Shown here: positions 16,335-27,709 of the stretch, piece after piece
Layout of the letters: each line of letters starts with the position of its first letter
How positions within the stretch are numbered: position 1 is the first letter of the stretch
Origin: Pelomyxa schiedti
Taxonomy: Eukaryota; Protista; Evosea
DNA: 54,454 nucleotides
Assembly: GCA_020536535.1 (NCBI GenBank)
Contig: JAHLWZ010000897.1
Location: forward strand, 1 to 54,454
Reading direction: 5' to 3'
Made by a program: the position numbers and the translations under genes
The notes under the pieces: model-generated
The model's database searches: none
Seen by the model: only the letters and a program-made list of their open reading frames with translations
What the model was told of the DNA's origin: nothing

Positions 16335-17201
16335 TTATGTACTTTTCCCATGGGAGAAGATGGACGAGGTGTCAAGCCAGTCGCTGCTGGGGTTGTTCAG
16401 GAAATCGTCAAAGTCGAAGAGTTTCGTGCAAAGCCCTGGGGTGTCGCCAACAGTTGTATTCGAGTGTGAGTGCATTAGGTGAGTGAGGTGCTGAATGAGA
16501 GGGGCGGTGTCTTGGTTGAAAGTTACTTGGTCAGAGGGCAATATCTACTTGGTGAGTTAACTCGACCGTTTGTGCGGGTATTTTTTTACCTGCATTGCAA
16601 ACTCTGGTGGGTCCCGGGAAGCGCGAGTATTATCAATCTGTGGGGCACTTAGTTCATTTCAACATAAATTAATTTATGTTAAAAATGTGATTAATGCACC
16701 ATTCACATACACGGATAATGCACGAGAACCCGTTTGCTATAGATATTTTGCGTGCGATTTCCTCAACGGGAGCAGGTGGTACGCCACGGTCTCTTTCAGG
16801 GGAAGTAGCATAGTACACTCCAACTATGACAAGCTCTTTTTCAGCTCCATACTTCTCCACCTTTTAAAGATACAATTAATATCACTAAATAGACAAGTCC
16901 CCCCCCCCAATGAACAGTGACCCCAAACAACAAGAATTTCCGAAATCAATAAAAAAGAAAAAAAAAACCAATGCAAACAGAAGACACAGCGCACCAAGTT
17001 TAGAGCCATTTCGAGGAAGGGAGCCAGCACCCTCCCGTGGAACAACGGCACCACGTCCACCACGCTCACTGCAACCGCTCCCTTCTTCGACGACCTGGCG
17101 CCCAAGCACGCTCCCACAATCACGTCCCGCGGGTGTTTGTACGCGTGCGCCATCGCCCGCGCGTACGAACGAGGCTCGACCGAAACAGTAGCACCACTCA
17201 T
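16335..17201 (-). CDS. EMC8: ER membrane complex subunit 8/9 (UPF0172, MPN-like); multi-exon
   Basis: SYARAMAHAYKHP..IVGACLG, DVVPLFH, LEMAL, IVGVYYA and the C-terminal LFDFDDFLNNPSSDWL. Confidence 0.88.
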
Positions 17202-17381
17202 CACTCACACCTGATCAAAAATTATGATCGAATTCTGATTGGCTCAAGGCTGTTGCTGACTGATTCTTGTAGAATCAGCATGTCTCTCTTCTGAAGCCAA
17301 CCACTCAAAGTTGTCCAAGAGTTTGGTTTGATGCGAAGGTTACTTTATGTCCATAGGTTTTTTACAAGCATTTACAATGTT

Positions 17382-19917
17382 TCACACACTGCTTTTGTGC
17401 TCAACACCTTTTGAGATCTTTTGGAGGGCATCCTGGGCAGAAAGCCTGTCAGCCTTGTTGTCTTTCATCATTTCAATAAGCACAGTCACAAGCAACGTGG
17501 CAGATGCATCGCTGGACTCCACAGCAGCAGTGCACCCCGTGCATGCAGGAGCTACCGAGGAAACAGCAGGCACGGGACCCAAGGACAGGGGGAATGAAGC
17601 CCGCAAGGTCTCCGTGCTGAAGTGGCAGCGGCTGCACGCCTCGGAGCCGATGAACTTGTTGGATGCGGGCAGCAGGGCGTCGTAAAGCGCGAGGGCCAGC
17701 GAGAACGAGTCGCACTTGGAGTAAGAGAATGTGCCGTGGCCGCCGGCCTGGGCGAACCTGCATAGCTCAGGGGGCACGGCCCCGGGGAGCCTGGGCGGGG
17801 GCACCGGGGCGGAGGGCTGGACTGTGACCTGGAGTCCCGCCGCGTCACCGGCAAGGACGGCCTCGCCAAAGTCGATGAGGGTAAGCCTCTTGGACTGCTC
17901 GTCAACTACGATGTTCTGGTCGGTGATTCCTCTGTGATTTTATTAGATGACTGTTGTTTCTTTTGGCGTTGGCGTTGGCGTTTGCGCTTCTGATTTGGAG
18001 TGTGGAATGGAGAGAGGAGAACCTGTGAACTATATGATGAGACTCGAGGTGAATGATTGCCGATAGGCCTTGCGCAAGGATTCTAAGTGCTAATTGGGCC
18101 TTGGCCTCGGGGCACTGAGACAACAGGAACGACGACAGCGGAATGCCACCCCAAGGCATGAGGATCACGAGTGACCTGATTCTCTCCAGGTTCGGGTACG
18201 CCAGTTGATCAGCAGCAGCTAGCATAGCCATATATTCCGTCGGTAAACTACAGGTTCGTGTTGTTATTGTTTGGTTGTCCGGCAGTTGGGGGCCTTACCC
18301 TGGCACAACAATGGCTCCAAGAGGGTGAACGATATTCTCGTGACGGGGGAAAGATGACAGTGTGACACACTCGGCCATGTACTTCCGCCTCAGAAGAGTT
18401 TGTGTCTGTTCGCCTCCATCCCAGTTGAAAAGGACCTTCATGACCATTGCAGTTTTGACCGCGCTGTTGTGCGGTGTGTACTGCACCCTGAAAGCCGCAG
18501 CACATTGGCCTACCCCCAGTAGTTTCTCCACGGTGAAGTTACAGATATTAGCCGAAATAAGAGATATCATTGTGTCAATGGTTCTCTGTACAACACTGAT
18601 GAGTTATAGAAAAGCGACGCGTATATATACCAAATATCTTTGTTTTTCAGCCTCTTCCCGAATCCTTTCTTCATTTCGGAGCTGTTAAACAATCAAATGA
18701 ACGTCAACAGAAAATTCACTTTTATACCTCTTCATTGCTATTCTCCATCTGGCTCATGAGAGCTTCGTTTTCGGTTTGGAGCTGATATTTTAAAGATTAG
18801 TATTCTGCTACTCCAAAGGAGGTTTACTGACCTGGCGTTTCTTTCTTTCCAAGTCTTCCAGATGGGTCCTTAGAGCCCCCACTTTTTGTTCCAGTTCATC
18901 CCGCCGTTCATGCAGGGGCACATAAGGCCGGAACTTGATAAATCCCGCAACCACCTTCGCGGCGCCAGTGTGGCCGATGTTGGCAGCCTTCTCCAGCCAC
19001 TCCATGGACTGCATCATCGACTGCCGGACGCCGCGGCCGTCCCTGAGGCACACCCCAAGGTGGAACATGGCGATGGGGTCCCCAGCACTCGCGCCCTTCT
19101 CGAACATAACCGCCGCTCTCTGCTCCGCCGCGCCGCCGTTCCGCTCCGCCTGCTGCCTGCACAGGAGATGGTACAGCAGCCCAAGCTCTCCAAATGCCTC
19201 GCGGCCTCCGTCGCAGTCCACGGCGTCCGCGAACAGCTGCGCCGCCCTGTTGGCGTCCACGCGGACGCCGCCGGCGCCCACCGCGTGGCACTCGCCGAGG
19301 AACACCATCGCCCTGCCTCCGCCCGCCGCCGCGGCCAGGCTGAGGATGTCGACCGCCTTCGCTGCGTCCTTTGGAGCCCCGCATCCGTGGAGGTGGCACC
19401 AGCCGAGGTACGCGAGCGCGTCGACGTCCCTTTTTTCTCGGGCGGCGGGCCACAGGAGAGACGTGGCGGTCTCGGGGTTCCTGTCGACGCCCTCGCCGTG
19501 CAGATAGCACAGGGCCAGGCATATGTCGCCGAGCCAGTGCGATCTTTGCTTCCGTATTTGCCAGAACAGGGAGACTGCCCTCGCCGCGTCTTTCTTTACG
19601 CCCATACCGCTCTGGTAGCACCGGCCGAGGTTGCACATCGCGGGGGCGTTCTCCATCTCGGCAGCTCTTTTCCATAGATCCACGGCCCTGTGTGGGTCTC
19701 TGCGACACAACCCGTTGGCGCCCTTGAAGTACAGAACCGCGATTTTGTTGAGGCCACTACCGCTGTGCGCCTTCTCGAAATTCTGCTCGGCCAGAGTGAT
19801 GTCCTGCCGGACACCATGATCCCCGGTGAGGTGCCACTGGGCGAGAAGCAGAGAGGCCTTATCGTCCCCTTGGATGGCCTTGTCCATCACATCGCAGGTC
19901 GAGTCTGTATTTCCCAT
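17382..19917 (-). CDS. Sel1-repeat + coiled-coil + PINK1-like pseudokinase (copy A); multi-exon
   Basis: MGNTDS start; Sel1 repeats (AMCNLGRCYQSGMGVKKD); kinase motifs LLGVGQCAAAF, VMKVLFNW, HENIVH, HRGITDQN, DFGE, PPEL and YSKCD. Confidence 0.85.
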
Positions 19918-20119
19918 CTCTCGTCCTTTTTTTTTTCGGGAAAATGCAACAAACCAAAATTTTTGGCGTTTAAGTGATGCCGACAAGTTGGCCCTAGCAC
20001 AACTTCCATGATCCGAGTTGTCAGACAACCCAAGTTGCTTGTGTGTCGCCCTTGAATGCACCGCAACCCCTTTTTTCTCACTGTTGTGAAAAAACCAGTA
20101 AAATAGTCTAAGTGACACT

Positions 20120-22914
20120 ATGGGCGACGCCAACAGCTTGTACAACCGCGCTTGCCTTGCCAAAAACCCCGAGGTGGCCGTCTCGCTGTTGCACCAGGCA
20201 GCGGGGCTCGGGTCCGCGGACGCCATGGCGCGCCTCGGGTGGTGCCACTTCAGCGGGTCCTGCGGGGTCCCGAAAGACATGTGCCACGCATTCACGTGGT
20301 TCGTCAAGGCCAACCACCCGCTGGCTGACCTGCCTCGCCAGGCACTACAAGTACGCTGGCGACATGTTCAGTGCCCTCACTACTTGGGAGATACTGGCGG
20401 ACCAAATGGGCGACCCCGCAGCCACGTGCTGCGTCGGGTGGTGCTACCAGTTCGGCCTGGGCGCCGAGAGAGACGTGAGAAGGGCGGTGGGCCTGTACAG
20501 AAGGGCCATGGGCCGCGTCGAGAGCTCCGCCGTCGCGGCCATGCACATGGCGATATGCCACTTGCACGGGGAGGGGGTGTATAGGGACCCTGCTATCGCC
20601 GCAACGCTGCTGCTCTCGCGAGCGGGAGAGAATGTGGACGCGCTCGCGTACCTTGGCTGGTGCCACCTCCATGGCTGCGGGGTTCCGAAGGACGCAGCAA
20701 AGGCGGTTGACATCCTCAGCAGGGCTGTGGCGTCGGGCGGAGGCAGGGCAATGGTGTTTCTTGCTGAGTGCCACGCGGTGGGCGCCGGCGTCTGCTTGGA
20801 TGACAGCAGGGCAGAGCAATTATTCGCTAAGGCTGTGGACTGCGATGGAGGCCCCGAGGCATTTGGAGAGCTTGGGCTGCTGTATCATCTCCTGTGCCGT
20901 CAACAAGCGGAGCGGAACGGCACCGCGGCCGAGACGGCGGAGCAGAGAGCGGCGATTATGTTCGAGAAGGGCGCGAGTGCTGGGGACCCCATCGCCATGT
21001 TCCACCTTGGGGTGTGCCTCAGGGACGCCCGCGGTGTGGAAAGGTCGCTGCCGCGGTCAGTGGGATGGCTGGAGAAGGCTGCCCGCATCGGCCACAGTGG
21101 TGCTGCCAAGGTTCTTGCGGGTTTCTCCAGATTCCTTTCCGGGATTCCATTGGCGGCAGCCAGCAGTGTTGATAGGAAGGAAAGTGAGTGTGAGGCAGAA
21201 CTGGAACTGAGAGAAGTCGAGGAACTGACGCAAAGAGTTCCAGAACTGACGAAGCAGGTGGAGGAGGTTACGAGATCGATTTCAGTGGTGAGTGTGTTAA
21301 ATAGCCAAAATCCCGCAAACAACAAAACACAAAAGTCAGAAAACAAAAGCATCAAGTGCAATAAAAGCAATTCTAACGACATTTGTTTCCAGCTCGAAAG
21401 TCAGAATGTAGTGCTGCAATATCAGATAATGAAGAGGGCGACGATTGACATCATGAGAAAAGAAATATCTGAAAGACACAAGGTGAGTGTGACGCGGCAT
21501 TCTCTCCAAAATAACATCTGCACCGCAGTCCATCATTGACACAATGGCATCCCTTATCTCAGCGAACATTTCCAATTTTGAAGTAGAAATACTCCTGGGA
21601 GCTGGCAGCAATGCAGCAGCATTCCAAGTGATATATCCCCACAATACGGTCAGAACCCCAATGGTCATGAAGGTCATTTTCAACTGGGACGGAAGCATTA
21701 ATCAGAGGCAAACCCTTGTAAGGAAGAATTACATGACCGAGTGTGTGATACTCTCGCTGTTCCCGCGTCACGAGAATATCATTCACCCTCTCGGAGTCAT
21801 CGTTGCGCCAGAGTGAGACCACATCCCCCTTCTTTCAATGCTAACCTGAATAACGGTGCTTGCAGGTTGCCGGCGCACTTTATTGAGAAGATCCCACCTT
21901 CCATGAATGTGTATCGGGAGCTGTCACGACACAAGACACTTGCGATCCTCATGCCTTACGGTGGCATTCCGCTGTCATCGTTCCTGTCTTCTCTGTTGGA
22001 AGTGACACCCGGCAGGAAGGCCCAAGTGGTCCTGGAAATACTTGTGCAAGGCCTATCGGCAATCATGCACCTCGAGTCTCATCGCGTAATTCACAGGTTC
22101 TCCCCTACTCCCTCCTCGCATCAATGCACCAGTTCGAAGTAACCCGGCAAAAAAAAAAAACATGGCAACAAACACAAAAACAAGCCACAAACAAACAAAT
22201 AACATAAACCACAGAGACATCAAAGAGGACAACATTCTGGTAGACCCAGATTCCAAGAGGCTGACCCTCATCGACTTTGGCGAGGCCGTGGTTGCCAATT
22301 CCGGCAACGATGCGGCGGACCTCGAGGTCACCCTCCAGCCCTACGATTCCGCGTGGGGCAACATAGGCACCATGCCTCCAGAGCTGAGGCTGCTCGGTGC
22401 GGCCCAGGCCCGGGCCCCTGGCGGCCACAGCACCTTCTCTTACTCCAAGTGCGACTCGTTCTCGCTGGCCCTCACCTTTTACAACGCCCTGCTGCCCGCA
22501 TCCAACAAGTTCATCGGCTCCGAGGCGTGCAGCAGCGGCCCATTCAGTACCGCAACCCTGCTGGCTTCGTTCCCCGTGTCATTCTGTAATTGTTCCCCGG
22601 CCGCGGCCTCTGCCACGCTGTCAACAACAAATAAAACCACCATGACGACCACCACATCGACGATAAGCGGCGGAGGAGGCACTGCAAGCGTGGTCACGAC
22701 CACGAGCAGCACAACCACCACCACAACCACCGCGACCACGTCTACTCCCGGACACCAACAACAACATCATCATCCAGAGGATCAGGCTCATGGGAACCAT
22801 GGGGAGGTGATTGTGACTGTGCTTGCAGGGATGATGGATCCCAACAGGAGCTCCAGGGTCTCTGCATCTGACGCCCACAGCATGCTCCGTCCCTATCACC
22901 ATCACTCCTCGTGA
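20120..22914 (+). CDS. Sel1-repeat + coiled-coil + PINK1-like protein kinase (copy B); frame shift or cryptic intron near 20300-20341
   Basis: MGDANS start; Sel1 repeats; kinase motifs LLGAGSNAAAF, VMKVIFNW, HENIIH, HRDIKEDN, DFGE, GNIGTMPPEL and YSKCD. Confidence 0.85.
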
Positions 22915-23353
22915 CATCACAAGCGACACCATACCATCTGGCAACCTGAGTTGTCCCCCATTGTAATAATAATTAAAAAAAGCCATTCTACTGTGGCTGT
23001 TGTGTCTGTGATACACTTTGGCCTGTGTTGGCATGTGGAAGCTGTGTGCTCTTGGCTTCCAAGTGCCAAGAACACCTGACTGTTTGGAGAGGTGTTTATT
23101 AAATGAAATGAAAGCACAGAGAAGAGAAAACGCACAAGGGGTTTTTTACGCGAAAGAGTGATCAATTAGAGCCGCTTCACCTTTTCAGAAAGCGCTGATT
23201 GACAATCAACGGTACTTTACGTCTAATTCGCAGGATTTCGCAAAATGTTGGGCTGTTGGGCGTTTCATAAGACCAAGAACCAACCAACAAGAAACAAAAC
23301 CCCAACAACCACTCAACAAGCACCCTTTTTTATTTACTCTATTTGACTAAACA

Positions 23354-24831
23354 ATGTCGGCCACTTTGTGTCATACCGATGGTACTACCAGGCTTGATAG
23401 TTGCCGCGCCAATGGCAACAATGCAAACAACACACCAGAGCAGGTTTTGGAGTCAGCCCACCAGCAACCACACAACCCAAAGAGGAGGAGGACACTTGCA
23501 TGTTGTGGCACTCAGGTTGGTGATCATGCTAATACCAGAAAACCTGTTACGGTGTCGGAATCATCAGTCAACCCATTGCTGGATACTGAGGCACAGTCTG
23601 TGCCTGGGCAGTCGGGGTCAACTGTTGTGTTGGATTCTGAGGATGTTACCACCCCGGCACCGAGCTCGCCATCAATTACAGCCACAGAGGCATGTGATGT
23701 ATCCACTGAAAAAATGCCGCCTGGAAAAGAGTATCCTGGGTCAGTAGAGCCACGCAGTCCATGGATTGGCACCCCCGAAGGCCCTCAGAAGTATGACTCT
23801 CAGGTGTACTTATTCTGCTTCCATGGTCGTGGTGGAAACCACACTGGTAATATTCTTGTTTGAATGTATTTATTATCCTATGTTCATTCCAACTGAGAAG
23901 ATCACCAGATTTCAAAAAGTGGCATACCTGGACTGGTAGTTCTACGCTTGTATGTGCTGTAGAACTTCCGGGACATTTTTCTCGTTACAGTGAACCTCTC
24001 AGAACAGACTTCGATCGACTTGTCAAGGTGTGTTCAGTAGTAGTAGGATGACCCCTTCTTACCTCAAGCAGGAAGTTGCCTCTGCTCTGATAAACTTCAT
24101 TGATAGGCCTTACGCAATCTTTGGGCACTCCATGGGGGCACTTCTTGGCTTTGAAGTTGCAAGAGAGATGAGACGCATAAATCCCAATCTAGCAGAGCCC
24201 TTGGCATTCTTTCTGAGTGGCCGAAAAGCTGTACATCTTCCAAATTCAGAGGAAAAGCTGTCGGTAATAGAAGACCCTCTTGTATGTATTTTTTTGCTTG
24301 GTAGGTATTTGTTAACAAATTGCAGGAATTTGCCAAAGCGTTGTCCGCAAAGTATGAAGATCAGGCCTTAACAAAGCTTATCAGAGAAAAGCCGGAGTCC
24401 ATACCCGCACTTATATCAGGTTTTCAGTCATAATGCCAATGCCAGTAACCGCATTCCTATAGTTGCCAAAGCAGATACACGTGTATCTGAAGGGTACACA
24501 TTCCACATTGACAGCACAACGCCATTCCACTGCCCAATACATACATTCCTTGGCGCCAATGACAAGACCCTATCAGTGTCAGACTTGGGCCCGTGGCAGC
24601 TTCACACTCTGCAGCCCCTCGTTGGCCCACTGTTAATGTATGTATAATTACTAAATTCACACAACTCCACAGCGAGTCTATACAAACACACACAAAAAAA
24701 ACAAACCCAATTAACAAACACACAGAGGAGGCAGCCACAATTACATGGTGGACAATGAAAACAACCACACAGTTGCTTCAGCAGTGGATTCCACCATCCA
24801 GGACATTCTCTCAAGCACAACACTCCTGTGA
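23354..24831 (+). CDS. Type II thioesterase (GrsT/OLAH-like alpha/beta hydrolase); multi-exon
   Basis: LFCFHGRGG, AVELPGHFSRYSEP, PYAIFGHSMGALLGFEVA (GxSxG), FFLSGRKA, LGANDK and GGSHNY (catalytic His). Confidence 0.88.
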
Positions 24832-25005
24832 TCCTGTTGGCTCATACCTATGTGGATGAGCACCACTGTCTCCAAGCTAAAAACTCAGCCCTAGTCCTTC
24901 TTCAATCTATTTTTTCCCCCTATTTTCAAAAGAAACGATCAAAGCTGCTGAGATCTTTAGGAAAAATAAAGAACCCAGCAAAACCGTAAGGGAAAGAGAG
25001 AGACA

Positions 25006-27455
25006 ATGAGCGACGAGGAGGAGGACAACAACTTCTACGCGGAGGACAGTGGCGGCGAGGACAATGGCGACGACGACGGTGGCGACGACGGCGGCGACGG
25101 GTTGGACGACGAGGAGCGCGAGCTCGAGGAGGCCTTCGCTGCCGCTGCCGAAGAAGCCGAAAGCGACGCGACCAGGACGTCGGTCACCGCCGCCGCGGAT
25201 CGCGCCCGCACCAAGGCGACGTCGTCCTCATCCAAATCGGCTGCAGTTGCCCCGTCAGCAGGTGCTGTTTCATCAACTACGACTAGTAGTAGTAGCAGTA
25301 CTGGTGGGGGTGGCGGGGGCGGGGGGAGGGGGAGAAGAAGGGCCATGTCGGTATCTTCCATGTCTGAGGCTGACTTGGTTACTGAAATCGACGAAACTGT
25401 ACCCCTTTTTTTTTTTTTTTTGTTATTTTTTATCGTTGGAAATTCATGTCCTTTTTTTTTTTGTTTTTACAGACAGCGGAAATAAGTGAGGTTCTTTCTG
25501 TTTCAAATGACATGGCAGCTGCTTTGCTTCATCACTACAAGTGTGTAGTTTTTAATTAACTGAATTATCGCACACCACTCATGCAAACTAAAGGTGGAAT
25601 AAAATGAAATTGCTTGAACTGTTTCCTGAGAACCCAGATAAAGTGTGAACCCTCCTGTTCATTACATATTTGTTTACTTGCCTTTTTTTTTTTTTTTTTT
25701 CCCTTAGATAAAACGCGAGGCGGGGCTGACGCACTCTCAGACCACACCAAATGTTTCTGCATCCACCAAAAAAGTACGGCTCCGGATTTTCACTATCCCT
25801 TTTGACTGGTTTTCTACCTTTAGGTTAAATGTCCTGTGTGCCTTGACGATGTACCTCCGGCCAATACATTTGCACTTGGTTGTGCACACAGATACTGTAA
25901 ACCCTGTTTATCCATGTACCTACAGGTAACACTCGATCCCATCTTAATCATGTTACACTCTCGATAGAGCAAAGTCGCCGATGGCGTCGTAACTATTAGA
26001 TGTGCATTCCCACGGTGTTCAACTGTTTTCCTTACCTCCACATTACAACGGCTATTACCAGGTAACAAAAAAACGAAGAACCCAACGCTCTCAACTTATG
26101 TTCGAAAAAGCGGAAATATTCCCAAAACTCCAGAAGAATGTGGTGAAGTCTTACATATCTGAAAATCCTCACGTTTTCTCCCTTTTAAGCATCTTTCAAG
26201 GTACCTAACACAACTCTCAGATGAAGCCTTGCCCATTCCCAGGGTGCCCCAGTATTTCTCATGTAGAAAGAATAACAAGAACTGAGCCTATAACTTGTGC
26301 GGCGTGCAGTTTTACTTACTGGCATGTCAATTCCGTTTCCCTGAAACATCTTATTTTTGTCCAGTTTCCGTTGTAACGACCACAGCATTGGTGACCATCA
26401 ACCAGCAACGTGTGCCATGACCGAGGCATGGATCGCCAAAGCCACTGATCAAGCTGAGACTGTCACCTGGCTTATGGCTAACACAAAGAACTGTCCCAAG
26501 TGCAGGAGCGCAATAGAGAAAAATGGTTGTTTTTCCCGGTATCTTTTTATTTGATAGTACTTAGACCGAAATAGGTGGCTGCATGCATATGACCTGCCGT
26601 AAAACTGCAGGTGGTTGTGGGTATGAACCTGGCTCCCATATTCTCGCATTTAAAAGTGCTGTACAGTCATGAGTTCTGTTGGTTGTGCCGTGGGCCATGG
26701 TCCGAGCATGGTTCAGCAACTGGTGGGTACTACAGCTGCAACAAATATGATGCTTCCTCAGCAAAGAAAGAAGACCTGAAGGTTCTTCCCTTTGTTCATT
26801 ACAAAAGAATTTACCCTGCAACAGTCTGCAGATTTGAAAACTGAAATGGAGCACTATATGTTCTATTACCACCGCTATGATGCTCACCAAAAAGCCAAGG
26901 TTAAATATTTGCCCCATTCGCAGTAAACGCTCACAGTGTATCAGAAAATTGCACAGGGGCAGCTTGCGAAGTGCTCGGAAAGAGAACTTGCACTTGCAAA
27001 AACGATGGATATTCATAGTACGGACACCAAATTTCTGTACGAAACTGCTGAAACACTTATCCATGTATGGTCAATTCAACCCAGCCATTGGTTTTTTTCA
27101 CCGTTAGCCAGTGCCGGCAAGTTCTGGAGTATAGCTATGTTTTTGGTTTCAACCTCCCCAAGACTAGCAGGGAGAGGGCCCTGTTTGAACACCTACAGGA
27201 GGTGAGTTTATACAAATTCCCTGCTTACTTAATCGTTTCCCAGGATCTTGAGAAGTACACAAACCATTTGACGGAGTTGTATGAACAAGACGAGAGGAAG
27301 AAGGACTACCAGGCTGTTTTCAAATGGAAAGAAGAAGTGACAAACTACATGCGTGTTACACTAAAGGTAATCCAACACCACCAAGTGCCAACTGACACCC
27401 TCCACAGTTCCTGTCAAACTTCAACGCCGGTGTTGCCAGTGGACTTACCGGGTGA
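25006..27455 (+). CDS. ARIH: Ariadne-family RBR E3 ubiquitin ligase; multi-exon
   Basis: Acidic N-terminus; RING1 [15 protein letters not shown]; IBR CPFPGC..CAAC..YCFRC; RING2 [29 protein letters not shown]; Ariadne helix YMFYYHRY and [11 protein letters not shown]. Confidence 0.93.
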
Positions 27456-27709
27456 TGCCGTTACAAACAGCACCAATCACACATTAACCCGCATATAATC
27501 CTTGTAAGTGTGTCTGTCACTAACTTATATCCATAAATTCAAAGACACTAGAACCACCGTTCACCCCCTTTTTTCCATCTTACCTTTTATCGATAAAGGC
27601 AACCATCAACATCCCCTAAGGCAGTTTCAACAACTTCGAAATCTAAGGAAAAAAAACCCGTTTTTCGATGCAACAACAAGGATGAGAATTAGAGTTCCAC
27701 AAATGACAG

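Larger units (their letters stand above)
17382..22914. repeat. Inverted segmental duplication (two paralogous genes, about 200 bp between ATGs)
   Basis: Near-identical reverse-complement blocks, e.g. ~20961-21027 vs ~19037-19103 and ~22440-22535 vs ~17630-17725; the same intron positions in the kinase domains. Confidence 0.9.

Noticed and set aside
17382-27455. PINK1-like kinases next to an RBR ligase as a PINK1-Parkin cluster
   Set aside because: The ligase is a standard Ariadne with no Ubl or RING0 domain; adjacency is probably coincidental.
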